DNA of 62,904 bases, taken from Acidobacteriota bacterium. Lineage in GTDB: Bacteria; Acidobacteriota; Thermoanaerobaculia; UBA5066. Positions 30,333 to 39,792 of the stretch are shown here, in pieces. Numbering within the stretch: position 1 is the stretch's first letter; each line of letters starts with the position of its first letter. Location of the stretch: contig JARXKK010000004.1 in NCBI GenBank assembly GCA_030278895.1, positions 1 through 62,904 of the forward strand, written 5' to 3'. Made by a program: the position numbers and the translations under genes. Under the pieces are notes generated by a model. That model was not told the origin of the DNA. It ran no database searches and was given only the letters and a program-made list of their open reading frames with translations.

Positions 30333-30668
30333 CTAGTTCGGGCTGCCGGAGTCGCCCGCGGGAAGGCGAGGCCCGAGAAAAGCGCGGGCGTCGCATCCCA
30401 CGATCTCGTAGAAGCGCTCGGAGTAGCTCGCGACGCTGCCGACGCGCGCGTCTTCGAAGAGCTTCTCGACGCGGTGCAGCGGCACGAAGAGCGTGGAGAC
30501 GCCCAGCTCGGCTTCGGCTCCCGGCCTCTGTTGCCGGGCCCAGTTGTCGAAGAGGTCGAGCTCGAGGCCGCGCAGCGTCACCCCGGCGGGCCCGAGCGCA
30601 AGGAGGACTCCCCAATACTTCTCCTTGGGCTGGACGAGATGCACGAGGACGAGAGTGCCGGCGTCCAT
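30333..30668 (-). CDS. small conserved-looking hypothetical protein (111 aa)
   Basis: Clean ORF with genome-typical codon usage, 7 nt downstream of the preceding same-strand gene. Confidence 0.45.
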   Translation of the reverse strand: MDAGTLVLVHLVQPKEKYWGVLLALGPAGVTLRGLELDLFDNWARQQRPGAEAELGVSTLFVPLHRVEKLFEDARVGSVASYSERFYEIVGCDARAFLGPRLPAGDSGSPN

Positions 30669-30675
30669 CGGCTCC

Positions 30676-31464
30676 TCAGAAGATGACGCGTGTCACGAAG
30701 TACTTCGCCGGGGTGATGCGCCCGTTGAGGAGCGCGTCGGCGTCGTCGGGCGTGACGTCGAAGCGCGCGGCCGATTCGCCGCTGGCGGTCGCGAGAACCA
30801 CTTCCACCTTCTCGAGCGGCTTGCCCGCCGCGCGGGACTCCTTCAGGCCGCGCGCCGAGGCCATGAGCGCGAGAAAGACCTGCTGCTCGCTGTCCGTCAC
30901 GGCTTGCACGCGCAGCGCGGAGGGGAGGTTCCCGAGCTTGACGCCCTTCACGTTGCTCCCGTCGAGCGCGCGCATGAAGGCATCGCTGACGACCGGGTCG
31001 AGGACGACCGGCGCCGCCTCGACGGCCCTGTCGGCCGTCGCGCGGGCGGGTCGGGTCTGCCGCTCGGTCACGAGCTCACCGACCCGCGGCTCGGAGCGGT
31101 CTGGATCCGGCTGCCGGCCATGCTTCTTGATGTACTCGGAAAGCGATGGCTTTTTCGCCTCGGGGTTCGGCAGCGTGCTGTTTCTTCCGTCCGGTTCGTC
31201 GAGCACGTAGGCGCCGCCGAGACCCTCCCGGTTCGCCTTCTCGCTGCGCGTTTGATCCCACTCGTCGAGCGCGAGCGTCTGGGACGTCCCGAGCGGAGTC
31301 AGGTAGACGAGGCGCTTGCCCACGATCGCGGGCTTCTCCCGCGCTTCGATCCGCGCTCCGTCCTTCGTGTAGATGACGTAGGTGGCCGCCGCCGGAAACG
31401 CCGAGAGCGTGGCGAGGGCGAGGGCGGCCACCGGCAGCAGGAATGCACGAGTGAATCGGGTCAT
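30676..31464 (-). CDS. secreted hypothetical protein
   Basis: MTRFTRAFLLPVAALALATLSAFPAAA signal peptide after a GGAGG Shine-Dalgarno (ATG 31464). The longer track ORF is a run-on. Confidence 0.5.
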   Translation of the reverse strand: MTRFTRAFLLPVAALALATLSAFPAAATYVIYTKDGARIEAREKPAIVGKRLVYLTPLGTSQTLALDEWDQTRSEKANREGLGGAYVLDEPDGRNSTLPNPEAKKPSLSEYIKKHGRQPDPDRSEPRVGELVTERQTRPARATADRAVEAAPVVLDPVVSDAFMRALDGSNVKGVKLGNLPSALRVQAVTDSEQQVFLALMASARGLKESRAAGKPLEKVEVVLATASGESAARFDVTPDDADALLNGRITPAKYFVTRVIF

Positions 31465-31554
31465 GCGGACCTCCGGGAGCCGCCGGCGAGGATGTGGCGG
31501 CAGAATGAAGTATAAACGTCGCCGGAAAGACAGCGTGAAAGAGCAGGCCGAATC

Positions 31555-32568
31555 GTGCTGATCGTCATGGACCGGAGCGCCTCGAGCGCGGACGTCGAAA
31601 GGGTCGTCACGGTGGCCGAGCGCCTCGGACTCAAGGCCCACCCGATCCCCGGCGCCCAGCGTACGGCGGTCGGAATCACGGGGAACAAGGGGGCCGCCTC
31701 TCCCGCTGCCTTCGAGTCGCTTCCGGGAGTGCTCGAGGTCATTCGCGTCTCGCATCCTTACAAACTGGTGTCGCGCGAATTCCACCCCGAAGACACGATC
31801 GTCTCGGTGGGGGGCGTTTTGGTGGGCGGCACGCGCGTCGTCGTCATCGCGGGCCCCTGCGCGGTCGAGTCGCTCGAACAGACTCTAACGATCGCGAAGG
31901 AAGTGAAGGCGCGCGGAGCTGACCTGCTGCGCGGCGGCGCTTACAAGCCGCGCACCTCGCCATATGCCTTTCAGGGCCTCGGCGAGGAGGGCCTGAGGAT
32001 TCTTGCCGCCGCGCGAGAGGCCACGGGGCTGCCCGTCGTCACGGAGGTTCTCGACACCGCGCACGTCGAAATCGTGGCCCATTACGCGGACTGCCTTCAG
32101 ATCGGCGCGCGCAACATGCAGAACTTCGAGCTCCTGAAGAAGGCCGGGAAGACGGGGAAGCCGATTCTTCTGAAGCGTGGCATGTCGGCCACCCTGGAAG
32201 AGTTCCTGCTCGCGGCCGAGTACATCCTCGCCGAAGCTAATCCGAACGTGATTCTCTGCGAGCGGGGCATTCGCACGTTCACCGACTTCACGCGAAACAC
32301 ACTGGACCTCTCGGTCGTTCCCGCGGTCGAGCGCCTTTCCCATCTGCCGATCGTCGTCGATCCCTCGCACGGCACGGGGCGCCGCGAGAAGGTCCTCCCC
32401 ATGTCGCGCGCGTCCATCGCCGCGGGCGCCGACGGCATCGCGGTCGAGGTCCATCACAAGCCTGCCGAGGCGCTGTCGGACGGGCCGCAGGCGCTCACGC
32501 CCGACATGTTCACGGAACTGATGGCGCACGTGCGGCCCATCGCGGCCGCGGTCGGGAGGACGATGTGA
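31555..32568 (+). CDS. 3-deoxy-7-phosphoheptulonate (DAHP) synthase, type I-beta with N-terminal ferredoxin-like regulatory domain
   Basis: Collinear with Thermotoga-type DAHPS: MLIVM..., PYKLVSREFHPEDT, AGPCAVES, LRGGAYKPRTSPYAFQGLG, IGARNMQNF, LLKRG, CERGIRTF, VDPSH. Confidence 0.9.
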   Translation: MLIVMDRSASSADVERVVTVAERLGLKAHPIPGAQRTAVGITGNKGAASPAAFESLPGVLEVIRVSHPYKLVSREFHPEDTIVSVGGVLVGGTRVVVIAGPCAVESLEQTLTIAKEVKARGADLLRGGAYKPRTSPYAFQGLGEEGLRILAAAREATGLPVVTEVLDTAHVEIVAHYADCLQIGARNMQNFELLKKAGKTGKPILLKRGMSATLEEFLLAAEYILAEANPNVILCERGIRTFTDFTRNTLDLSVVPAVERLSHLPIVVDPSHGTGRREKVLPMSRASIAAGADGIAVEVHHKPAEALSDGPQALTPDMFTELMAHVRPIAAAVGRTM

Positions 32569-33692
32569 GCGAAGCCGCTCACGGCGCCGTCCTCGTTCTC
32601 GAAGACGGCCGGTGTTTCCCCGGCCGGGCGGTGGGGGCGACGGGAACGACGTTCGGCGAAGTCGTCTTCAACACCGGCATGTCGGGTTATCAGGAGACTC
32701 TGACCGACCCGTCCTATCGCGGGCAGATCGTCGTGATGACCGCCGCGCACATCGGCAATTACGGTCTCAACGACACGGACGTCGAATCTTCGCGGATCCA
32801 GGTTGCGGGCTTCGCCGCGCGCCACTTTCCCGACCGGTTCTCGAACCAGCGGGGCCAGGCGACGATCGGCGAAGGACTGCGCGACGGCGGCGTCGTGGGA
32901 ATCGACGGCTTCGACGCGCGCGCCCTCGTACGGCATCTCCGGAGCCGCGGCGTCATGAGGGGGGCGATCTCGACGGAGACCGCGTCCGAAGCCGAAGTGG
33001 CCGCGCTCGTCGAGAAGGTCAAGGAGCAGCCCACGATGGCCGGAGCGGCGCTCGCCCTCGCGGTCTCGACGCCGAAGCCGTACGCGTTCCCGATGCCGCC
33101 GGGAATAGCCACGAAGGGGCGGGTCGCGGCGATCGACTACGGGATCAAGACGAACATCCTCCGGATGCTCGCGGCCCGCGGCCTCGCGCCGACGGTCTTC
33201 CCGGCGACGACTCCCGCGGCGGAGATCCTCGCGCTCGGGTTCGACGGCGTCTTCCTGTCGAACGGGCCTGGCGACCCGGATGCGCTGCCCGGGCCGGTCG
33301 CGAACGTGAAGGCGTTCGTGGAGTCAGGAAAGCCGGTTTTCGGGATCTGCCTCGGGCAGCAGCTCATCGGCCTCGCGCTCGGGGGCACGACCTACAAGCT
33401 CAAGTTCGGGCATCGCGGCGCGAACCACCCGGTGAAGAACACCCGGACGGGCCACGTGGCGATCACGTCGCAGAACCACGGCTTCTCGGTGGAGGCCGGC
33501 TCGCTGCCGAAGAACGTGGAAGCTACGCACGTAAGCCTCAACGACGGCACCTGCGAGGGCTTCCGGATGACGGACAAACCCGTCTTCGCGGTCCAGTACC
33601 ACCCGGAGTCGGCTCCCGGTCCGCACGACTCGGACGCGCTCTTCGACGAGTTCATCGGCCTCGTGACGAAAAATACAGGAGGAACATCATGA
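32565..33692 (+). CDS. carA: carbamoyl-phosphate synthase small (glutaminase) subunit
   Basis: LVLEDGRCFPG...FNTGMSGYQETLTDPSYRGQIV...GICLGQQL...HRGANHPV...QYHPE. Confidence 0.9.
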   Translation: MSEAAHGAVLVLEDGRCFPGRAVGATGTTFGEVVFNTGMSGYQETLTDPSYRGQIVVMTAAHIGNYGLNDTDVESSRIQVAGFAARHFPDRFSNQRGQATIGEGLRDGGVVGIDGFDARALVRHLRSRGVMRGAISTETASEAEVAALVEKVKEQPTMAGAALALAVSTPKPYAFPMPPGIATKGRVAAIDYGIKTNILRMLAARGLAPTVFPATTPAAEILALGFDGVFLSNGPGDPDALPGPVANVKAFVESGKPVFGICLGQQLIGLALGGTTYKLKFGHRGANHPVKNTRTGHVAITSQNHGFSVEAGSLPKNVEATHVSLNDGTCEGFRMTDKPVFAVQYHPESAPGPHDSDALFDEFIGLVTKNTGGTS

Positions 33693-34546
33693 GCGCTCGC
33701 GCGCGGACGACTCTCGCTGTTTTCGCGGCATTCGGGCTTCTCATCTCCCCGGCGGCTCTCGCCGCGGACGGCAAGACCGAGGGCAGCATCACGGTCAACG
33801 GCAAGACGACGAAGCTCACGCACGCGTACGCGCGCGCCGTGAAAGGTTTCTTCGACAAGACGAAGGAAGACGTCGAGGTCATCCTCACCGACGTGCCGCT
33901 CGAAGCCAAGGCGCTCGAGGACTCGTTCGAGCGCATGCACATGGCCGATGCCGGCAAGCTCCACGCGTTCGAGATCACGATCGGTGCCGACGGCAAGCCA
34001 ATCTCGACGGCGTTTCGGGACAACGGCTTCAAGAAGGCGAGCCCAAGCGGCCTTTCCAGCGAAGACGTCTTCACGAAAAAGGTCTTCGACGGCAAGACGG
34101 TAGACGCGCGCTACAAGAGCGCGAAGCAGGGGGAGTTCTTCGGGGAGACCTATTCGTTCGACGTCTCGTTCCGCGCCGACATCACGCGCGCGGCCAAGCC
34201 CGTGCCCCCGACCGCCGCCGAGACGGCGGCTGCCCAGAAGAGCCCTCAGGCGAAGGTGTACGCGGAATTCCTCAAGGCCGTGCAGAAGGAGGACCTCGGA
34301 GCGCTCCGGAAGCTCTTCACGAAGGAGCAGGCGAAGCACCTCGACGATCCGGACGCGAAGAAGATGGTCGGCTTCGTCAAGATGATGTCCGCGACGGAGA
34401 TCAAGGTCCTGAAGGTCGTCGAGAACGGCGACACGGCGGATCTCACCGTCTCGGGCAAGCAGGACGGAAATGCCGCGAACGGCGTCGTCCACATGGCGAA
34501 GGAAGGCGGTGCGTGGAAGGTGCAGAAGGAGGAGTGGTCGAACTGA
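33689..34546 (+). CDS. secreted hypothetical protein with NTF2/DUF4878-like C-terminus
   Basis: ATG 33689 after an AGGAGG Shine-Dalgarno, with an ATGA overlap with carA. Signal peptide MSARARTTLAVFAAFGLLISPAALA. Confidence 0.55.
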   Translation: MSARARTTLAVFAAFGLLISPAALAADGKTEGSITVNGKTTKLTHAYARAVKGFFDKTKEDVEVILTDVPLEAKALEDSFERMHMADAGKLHAFEITIGADGKPISTAFRDNGFKKASPSGLSSEDVFTKKVFDGKTVDARYKSAKQGEFFGETYSFDVSFRADITRAAKPVPPTAAETAAAQKSPQAKVYAEFLKAVQKEDLGALRKLFTKEQAKHLDDPDAKKMVGFVKMMSATEIKVLKVVENGDTADLTVSGKQDGNAANGVVHMAKEGGAWKVQKEEWSN

Positions 34547-34565
34547 CGCGTAAGATCCGGCGCCA

Positions 34566-35798
34566 ATGAACGTCCCCGCGTTCCTGGCGAAGCGGTTCCT
34601 GCTCGGCAGCCGGCGCGGGCTGCCGAAGACGGTCTCTCTTCTCGCCCTCTTCGGCATCGCGCTCGGGGCGGCGTCGCTCGTCGTCGCGATGGGGCTCATG
34701 TCGGGCTACCGGCACGATCTCGCCGAGAAGCTCGCCGGGACGAGCGCGGAAGTGATCGCCATGCCCCAGCCCGGCGCGAACGTACCGGATCAGCGCGCGG
34801 CGCTGCGCGCCCTTCCGAACGTGGCCGCCGTCGCCCGCACGGCGTTCGCGCCGGCGCTCCTCCTGTCGCCACGCGCGCCCGACGGCGTCGACGCTCTCGT
34901 CAAGGCGCTCGAGCTGCCCGACGGACTCACGACCACGCGTCTCCTCGGCGCCGTGCCCGGCCTCGCGAAGTCGTTCGGCGATCTCGAGGCGAAGGGCGCG
35001 ACGCCCGTTCTCCTCGGAGCCGGTCTTGCGAAGAGGCTCGGCGCCTCCGTGGGAGGGGCGATCGTCCTCGAGACGTCGTCCGCGGCGCTCGCGGCCGGGC
35101 TCTCCGCCGCGGCGCGCACGCCGCTGACGGTCGCCGCGGTCACGGAGACGGGCTTCTCCGAGGTGGACGACGGCTGGGCGGTGGTTCCGCTGGCCGTCTT
35201 CGAGCGGCTCGCGCCTCCGGGCGCCCGGCAGGGCATCTGGGAGATGAAGCTCGTGAAGGCGTCCGCCTCGACGGAGACCGTCGCCGCCGCGCGAAAGCTC
35301 CTCGGCGACGGCGCGACGGTGCTCGACTGGAAGGTCCTGAACCGCGATCTCTTCGAGGCGCTCGCCGTCCAGCAGACGCTCCTCTTCATCGTTCTGACGC
35401 TCATCGTGGCCGTGGCCGCGGGCACGGTCGTCTCGTCCCTCGTCGTTCTCCTCGCCGAGAAGACGCGGGACGTGGGTGTCCTCGCCGCGCTCGGCGCCTC
35501 ACCCGCTCTCGTGGCCCGCACGTTTCGCCTGTCGGGGATGCTGCTCGGCGGCAGCGGCCTCGTTCTCGGCGTCGTCTTCGGGCTCGTCGTGTGTTTTCTC
35601 CTGACGGCCTTCCGCGTCGTGCGCTTTCCGCCCGAGATCGCGAAGGTCTACTACCTCACGTGGATGCCGTTCCGGCCCGAGCCGCTCCACGTGCTCGGAA
35701 TCCTCGGCATCGGCCTCCTCCTCGTCCTCGGAGCGTCGCTGCTTCCCGCGCGCCGGGCGGCCCGCATGAATCCCTCCGAGGCCCTCCGGTACGAGTGA
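34566..35798 (+). CDS. LolC/LolE-type (FtsX-like) ABC transporter permease
   Basis: N-terminus FLAKRFLLGSRRG...LALFGIALGAASLVVAMGLMSGY, a large periplasmic loop, and C-terminal TM helices with ARRAARMNPSEALRYE. Confidence 0.8.
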   Translation: MNVPAFLAKRFLLGSRRGLPKTVSLLALFGIALGAASLVVAMGLMSGYRHDLAEKLAGTSAEVIAMPQPGANVPDQRAALRALPNVAAVARTAFAPALLLSPRAPDGVDALVKALELPDGLTTTRLLGAVPGLAKSFGDLEAKGATPVLLGAGLAKRLGASVGGAIVLETSSAALAAGLSAAARTPLTVAAVTETGFSEVDDGWAVVPLAVFERLAPPGARQGIWEMKLVKASASTETVAAARKLLGDGATVLDWKVLNRDLFEALAVQQTLLFIVLTLIVAVAAGTVVSSLVVLLAEKTRDVGVLAALGASPALVARTFRLSGMLLGGSGLVLGVVFGLVVCFLLTAFRVVRFPPEIAKVYYLTWMPFRPEPLHVLGILGIGLLLVLGASLLPARRAARMNPSEALRYE

Positions 35799-35819
35799 GG
35801 CCGGCGTAAACTGCGCGGT

Positions 35820-36749
35820 GTGAGCACACCTGCGGAGAGGCCGCTTCCTCTCGTCTTCCCGTTCCCCGGCCGCAGCGTGACGGTGGACCAGGTCGCGCTC
35901 GAGGAGCGCTCGGCCGCGCTCGGGAAACGCTCGCTCAAGAAGGCGACGAAGGTCGCCGGAATCCGCCTCGCGATCTCGATGTGCGACCTCACGACGCTGG
36001 AGGGCAAGGACTCGCCGGGGAAGATCCGGCAGATGTGCGCGAAGGCGGTCCGGCCCGATCCGGAGGATCTCTCGGTGCCGTCCGTGGCCGCGGTGTGCGT
36101 CTATCCGGATCTCGTCGGCATCGCCAAGCGCGCGCTTTCGGGCTCGACCGTGAAAGTCGCGAGCGTCGCCACGGCGTTCCCGTCCGGCCGCTCACCGCTG
36201 TCCCTGAAGATCACGGACGTCAGGCGCGCGGTTTCGGCGGGTGCGGACGAGATCGACATGGTGATCGACCGCGGCGCGTTCCTCGCGGGCGACCTCCGGA
36301 AGGTGTTCGACGAGATCGCGGCCGTCAAGGAAACCTGCGGCACGGCTCACCTCAAGGTCATCCTCGAGACGGGCGAGCTCGAGACTTACGACAACGTCCG
36401 CCGCGCCTCGGATCTCGCGATCGCGGCCGGCGCCGACTTCATCAAGACGTCCACCGGCAAGGTGGCGCCCGCGGCGACGCCGCCCGTGACGCTCTGCATG
36501 CTCGAGGCGATCCGCGACCACTGGTTCGCGACGGGCGTGAAGATCGGGATGAAGCCCGCGGGCGGCATCCGCACGAGCAAGCAGGCGCTCCACTACCTCG
36601 TGATCGTCAAGGAGACGCTCGGTTCGGACTGGCTCACGCCGGACCTCTTCCGGTTCGGGGCGTCGAGCCTCGTCAACGACTGCCTCATGCAGCTTCGGAA
36701 GGAAGAAACGGGGCGGTATCGCTCGGAAGAAGAATTCACGAAAGACTGA
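35820..36749 (+). CDS. deoC: deoxyribose-phosphate aldolase (long, DERA-like form)
   Basis: DLTTLEG, VCVYP, VATAFPSG, DMVI, KVILETGEL and FIKTSTGK (Schiff-base Lys context). Confidence 0.85.
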   Translation: MSTPAERPLPLVFPFPGRSVTVDQVALEERSAALGKRSLKKATKVAGIRLAISMCDLTTLEGKDSPGKIRQMCAKAVRPDPEDLSVPSVAAVCVYPDLVGIAKRALSGSTVKVASVATAFPSGRSPLSLKITDVRRAVSAGADEIDMVIDRGAFLAGDLRKVFDEIAAVKETCGTAHLKVILETGELETYDNVRRASDLAIAAGADFIKTSTGKVAPAATPPVTLCMLEAIRDHWFATGVKIGMKPAGGIRTSKQALHYLVIVKETLGSDWLTPDLFRFGASSLVNDCLMQLRKEETGRYRSEEEFTKD

Positions 36750-36763
36750 AGAGAAAGAGGGAA

Positions 36764-36790
36764 GAAGATTTTGCTTAGAAAGGGAAGAGG
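36764..36790 (+). repeat. AT-box copy B (long form)
   Basis: GAAGATTTTGCTTAGAAAGGGAAGAGG lies between deoC and the ALDH (or in the ALDH 5' end). A second degenerate tandem copy precedes it (36726-36755). Over about 55 nt it is closely similar to copy A. Confidence 0.8.
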
Positions 36791-38291
36791 AGAAGGCCCG
36801 CGGTCCATCGTGCGGCGCTCGCGCACGCTCGCGACGATTGAGCCCGACTTTCTCGGCAAGTGGGAGTACGCGCCCGCTCCGGAATCGACGTCTCATCTTT
36901 CCATTCGCAGCTCCTACGACCTCTTCATCGGTGGGAAGTGGGTCTCTCCGAAGTCCAAGAAATTCTTCTCGACCATCAATCCCGCCACCGAAGAGACTCT
37001 CGCCTCCGTCGCCGAGGCCGGAGCCGCGGACGTCGACGCCGCGGTCCGCGCGGCCGACCGCGCGTACGAGAAGTACTGGCGACGCATGCCGGGCAAGGAA
37101 CGCGGCAAGTACCTTTACCGCATCGCGCGCATGCTCCAGGAGAAGGCGCGCGAGTTCGCCGTCCTCGAGACGATGGACGGCGGGAAGCCCATCAAGGAGT
37201 CGCGCGACGTCGACGTGCCGCTCGCGGCGGCGCACTTCTTCTACTACGCGGGCTGGGCCGACAAGCTCGACTACGCGCTGCCGGGGCGCAAGGCGCGCCC
37301 GATCGGCGTCTGCGGGCAGGTCATCCCGTGGAACTTCCCGCTGCTCATGGCCGCGTGGAAGCTCGCCCCCGCGCTCGCGTGCGGGAACGTGTCGATCCTG
37401 AAGCCCGCCGAGACGACGCCGCTCACGGCGCTCCACCTCGCGCGCCTCTTCGAGGAGGCGGACTTCCCGCCCGGCGTCGTGAACGTGATCACGGGCGCGG
37501 GCGCGACGGGCGCGGCGCTCGTGACGCACCCGAAGGTGCGCAAGGTCGCCTTCACGGGCTCGACCGAGGTCGGCAAGAGGATCCAGAAGTCGGCGGCGGG
37601 GACGGGCAAGCGCCTCACGCTCGAGCTGGGCGGCAAGGCCGCGAACATCGTCTTCGCCGACGCGCCGCTCGATCAGGCCGTCGAGGGAATCATCAACGGG
37701 ATCTACTTCAACCAGGGTCACGTCTGCTGCGCGGGCTCGCGCCTCCTCGTCGAGGAGTCCGTCCACGACGTCCTCGTGAGGAAGCTCGCGCTCCGCATCC
37801 GGACGCTCCGCCTCGGCGACCCTCTCGACAAGAACACGGACGTCGGCGCGATCAACTCGAAGATGCAGCTCGAGAAGATCAAGGAGCTCGTCCAGTCCGG
37901 CGTCGACGAGGGAGCCGTCCTGACGCAGTCGGGCTGCGTCCTGCCTTCGAAGGGCTTCTGGTTCCCGCCGTCGTTTTTCACGAACGTCGCGCAGAGCTTC
38001 CGGATCGCGAACGAGGAGATCTTCGGACCCGTCCTCGCCGTGCAGACGTTCCGCACGCCGGACGAGGCGGTCGAGAAGGCGAACAACACGATGTACGGCC
38101 TCTCGGCCGGCGTCTGGACGGACAAGGGCTCGAAGATCTTCAAGATCTCTCAGAAGCTGCGCGCGGGCGTCGTCTGGGCGAACACGTACAACAAGTTCGA
38201 CCCGACTTCGCCGTTCGGCGGCTACAAGGAGTCCGGCTTCGGCCGCGAAGGCGGGCGGCACGGGCTCGCGGCGTACCTCGAAGCGGAGTAG
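36771..38291 (+). CDS. NAD(P)-dependent aldehyde dehydrogenase
   Basis: YDLFIGGKW, YYAGWADK, PWNFPLLMAAWKLAPALACGN, FTGSTEVG, LELGGK, NQGHVCCAGSR and EEIFGPV. The start may be TTG 36771 or GTG 36810. Confidence 0.9.
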   Translation: MLRKGRGEGPRSIVRRSRTLATIEPDFLGKWEYAPAPESTSHLSIRSSYDLFIGGKWVSPKSKKFFSTINPATEETLASVAEAGAADVDAAVRAADRAYEKYWRRMPGKERGKYLYRIARMLQEKAREFAVLETMDGGKPIKESRDVDVPLAAAHFFYYAGWADKLDYALPGRKARPIGVCGQVIPWNFPLLMAAWKLAPALACGNVSILKPAETTPLTALHLARLFEEADFPPGVVNVITGAGATGAALVTHPKVRKVAFTGSTEVGKRIQKSAAGTGKRLTLELGGKAANIVFADAPLDQAVEGIINGIYFNQGHVCCAGSRLLVEESVHDVLVRKLALRIRTLRLGDPLDKNTDVGAINSKMQLEKIKELVQSGVDEGAVLTQSGCVLPSKGFWFPPSFFTNVAQSFRIANEEIFGPVLAVQTFRTPDEAVEKANNTMYGLSAGVWTDKGSKIFKISQKLRAGVVWANTYNKFDPTSPFGGYKESGFGREGGRHGLAAYLEAE

Positions 38292-38306
38292 CCGCGCTCC
38301 CGCCCT

Positions 38307-39725
38307 TCAGAGGTCGTAGTAGAGCTCGATCTCGTAGGGGTGCGGGCGGTTGCGGACTTCGCGGTCCTCCTCCCGCTTCTTCTGGACCCAGCGAGGGATC
38401 AGGTCCACCGGGAAGACGCCGTCCTTCGTGAGGAAGTCGTGGTCCTTTTCGAGCGCGTCGAGCGACTCGTCGAGCGCCGTCGGTAGCGCGCGGATCTTCG
38501 CCCTTCGCTCGGGGGGAAGCGCCGCGACGTCGCCGTCGACCGGCCCGAAGCCGAGCGCGGTCGGGTCCATCTTCTTCTCGATGCCGTCGAGCCCGGCGAG
38601 GAGCTGCGCGGCCATCGCGAGATACGGATTGCACGTGGCGTCCGGCGGGCGGAACTCGAAGCGCGCGCTCTCGGGGCGGTTCGCGTACTTCGGGATCCGG
38701 ATCGCCGCGCTCCGGTTCCCGAGCGAGTAGATCGCCGTGACCGGCGCCTCGAAGCCCGGGACGAGCCTGCGGTACGAGTTCGTCGAGGGGTTCGTGAGCG
38801 CCATGACGGCCGCGCCGTGGTGGAGGAGACCGCCGATCGCGAAACGCCCGGTTTCGCTCACGCAGCCGTAACCCGCGGAGTCGAAGTAGACGTTCCGCTC
38901 CCCGTCGAGGACGAGCTGGTGGCAATGCATCCCGCTCCCCGCCTCGCCATAGAGCGGCTTCGGCATGAACGTGGCCGTGAGCCCCATCTTCTTCGCCGCG
39001 CGCCGGACGACGTACTTGACCATGAGCACCGCGTCGCAGGCGTCGAGGAGCCCCAGGAGCGGGATCTCGATCTCGCACTGACCGGGGCCGCCCACCTCGT
39101 GGTGGTGGTACTTCACGGGGACGCCCACGGATTCGAGGATGCGCGAGATCTTCGTCCGCGCGTCGTCGAGGTGGTCCTGCGGCGGCAGCGCGTGATAGCC
39201 GCCGTGCCGCGGGATCGTGAACCCGGAGCCCAGCTCGTGGCTCCGCCAGTCGGCCTCGGAGGACTCGACGCGGTAGCTCGCCACGTTGACACCGTTCTCG
39301 TAGGCGACGCCGTCGAAGAGGTAGAACTCGAACTCCGGCCCCCAGAGGCTGCGGGTCCCGACGCCGCTCGCGCGGAGCCGCTCCTCGGCGCGCGTCGCGA
39401 TCGTCCGCGGGTCGAAGAGGACCGGCGACCGGTCGTCTGCCTCGAGGATCCGGCAGAGAAAGCTGAGCGTCTTCTCCTCGGGAAACGGATCGAGGAAGGC
39501 CGTCGCGAGGTCAGGCACGAGGACGAGGTCGCCGGACTTGACGGACCTGAGGCCCACGGACGAGCCGTCAAACCCGACGCCGTCTTCCATCAGCTCGGGC
39601 GTGAATCGCTCGGCGGGAAGCGTCACGTGCCGCCAGCGGCCCGCGAGGTCGCAGAACTTCAGGTCGACCATCGTGACGCCGTGCTGGCGGACGTACCCGG
39701 CCGCCTCGTCGAATTGCTGAAACAT
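38307..39725 (-). CDS. glnA: glutamine synthetase, type I
   Basis: VDLKFCDL, FDGSS, GPEFEFYLF, KYHHHEVG..GQCEI, MPKPLYGEAGSGMHCH and NSYRRLVPGFEAP. A GGAGG Shine-Dalgarno precedes the ATG. Confidence 0.9.
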   Translation of the reverse strand: MFQQFDEAAGYVRQHGVTMVDLKFCDLAGRWRHVTLPAERFTPELMEDGVGFDGSSVGLRSVKSGDLVLVPDLATAFLDPFPEEKTLSFLCRILEADDRSPVLFDPRTIATRAEERLRASGVGTRSLWGPEFEFYLFDGVAYENGVNVASYRVESSEADWRSHELGSGFTIPRHGGYHALPPQDHLDDARTKISRILESVGVPVKYHHHEVGGPGQCEIEIPLLGLLDACDAVLMVKYVVRRAAKKMGLTATFMPKPLYGEAGSGMHCHQLVLDGERNVYFDSAGYGCVSETGRFAIGGLLHHGAAVMALTNPSTNSYRRLVPGFEAPVTAIYSLGNRSAAIRIPKYANRPESARFEFRPPDATCNPYLAMAAQLLAGLDGIEKKMDPTALGFGPVDGDVAALPPERRAKIRALPTALDESLDALEKDHDFLTKDGVFPVDLIPRWVQKKREEDREVRNRPHPYEIELYYDL

Positions 39726-39792
39726 CGAGGTCCTCCGCCCCGACGTTAGGCCTGCCCCTACCGGGTGGCCATGGGCCGTATGAACCAGTGCG

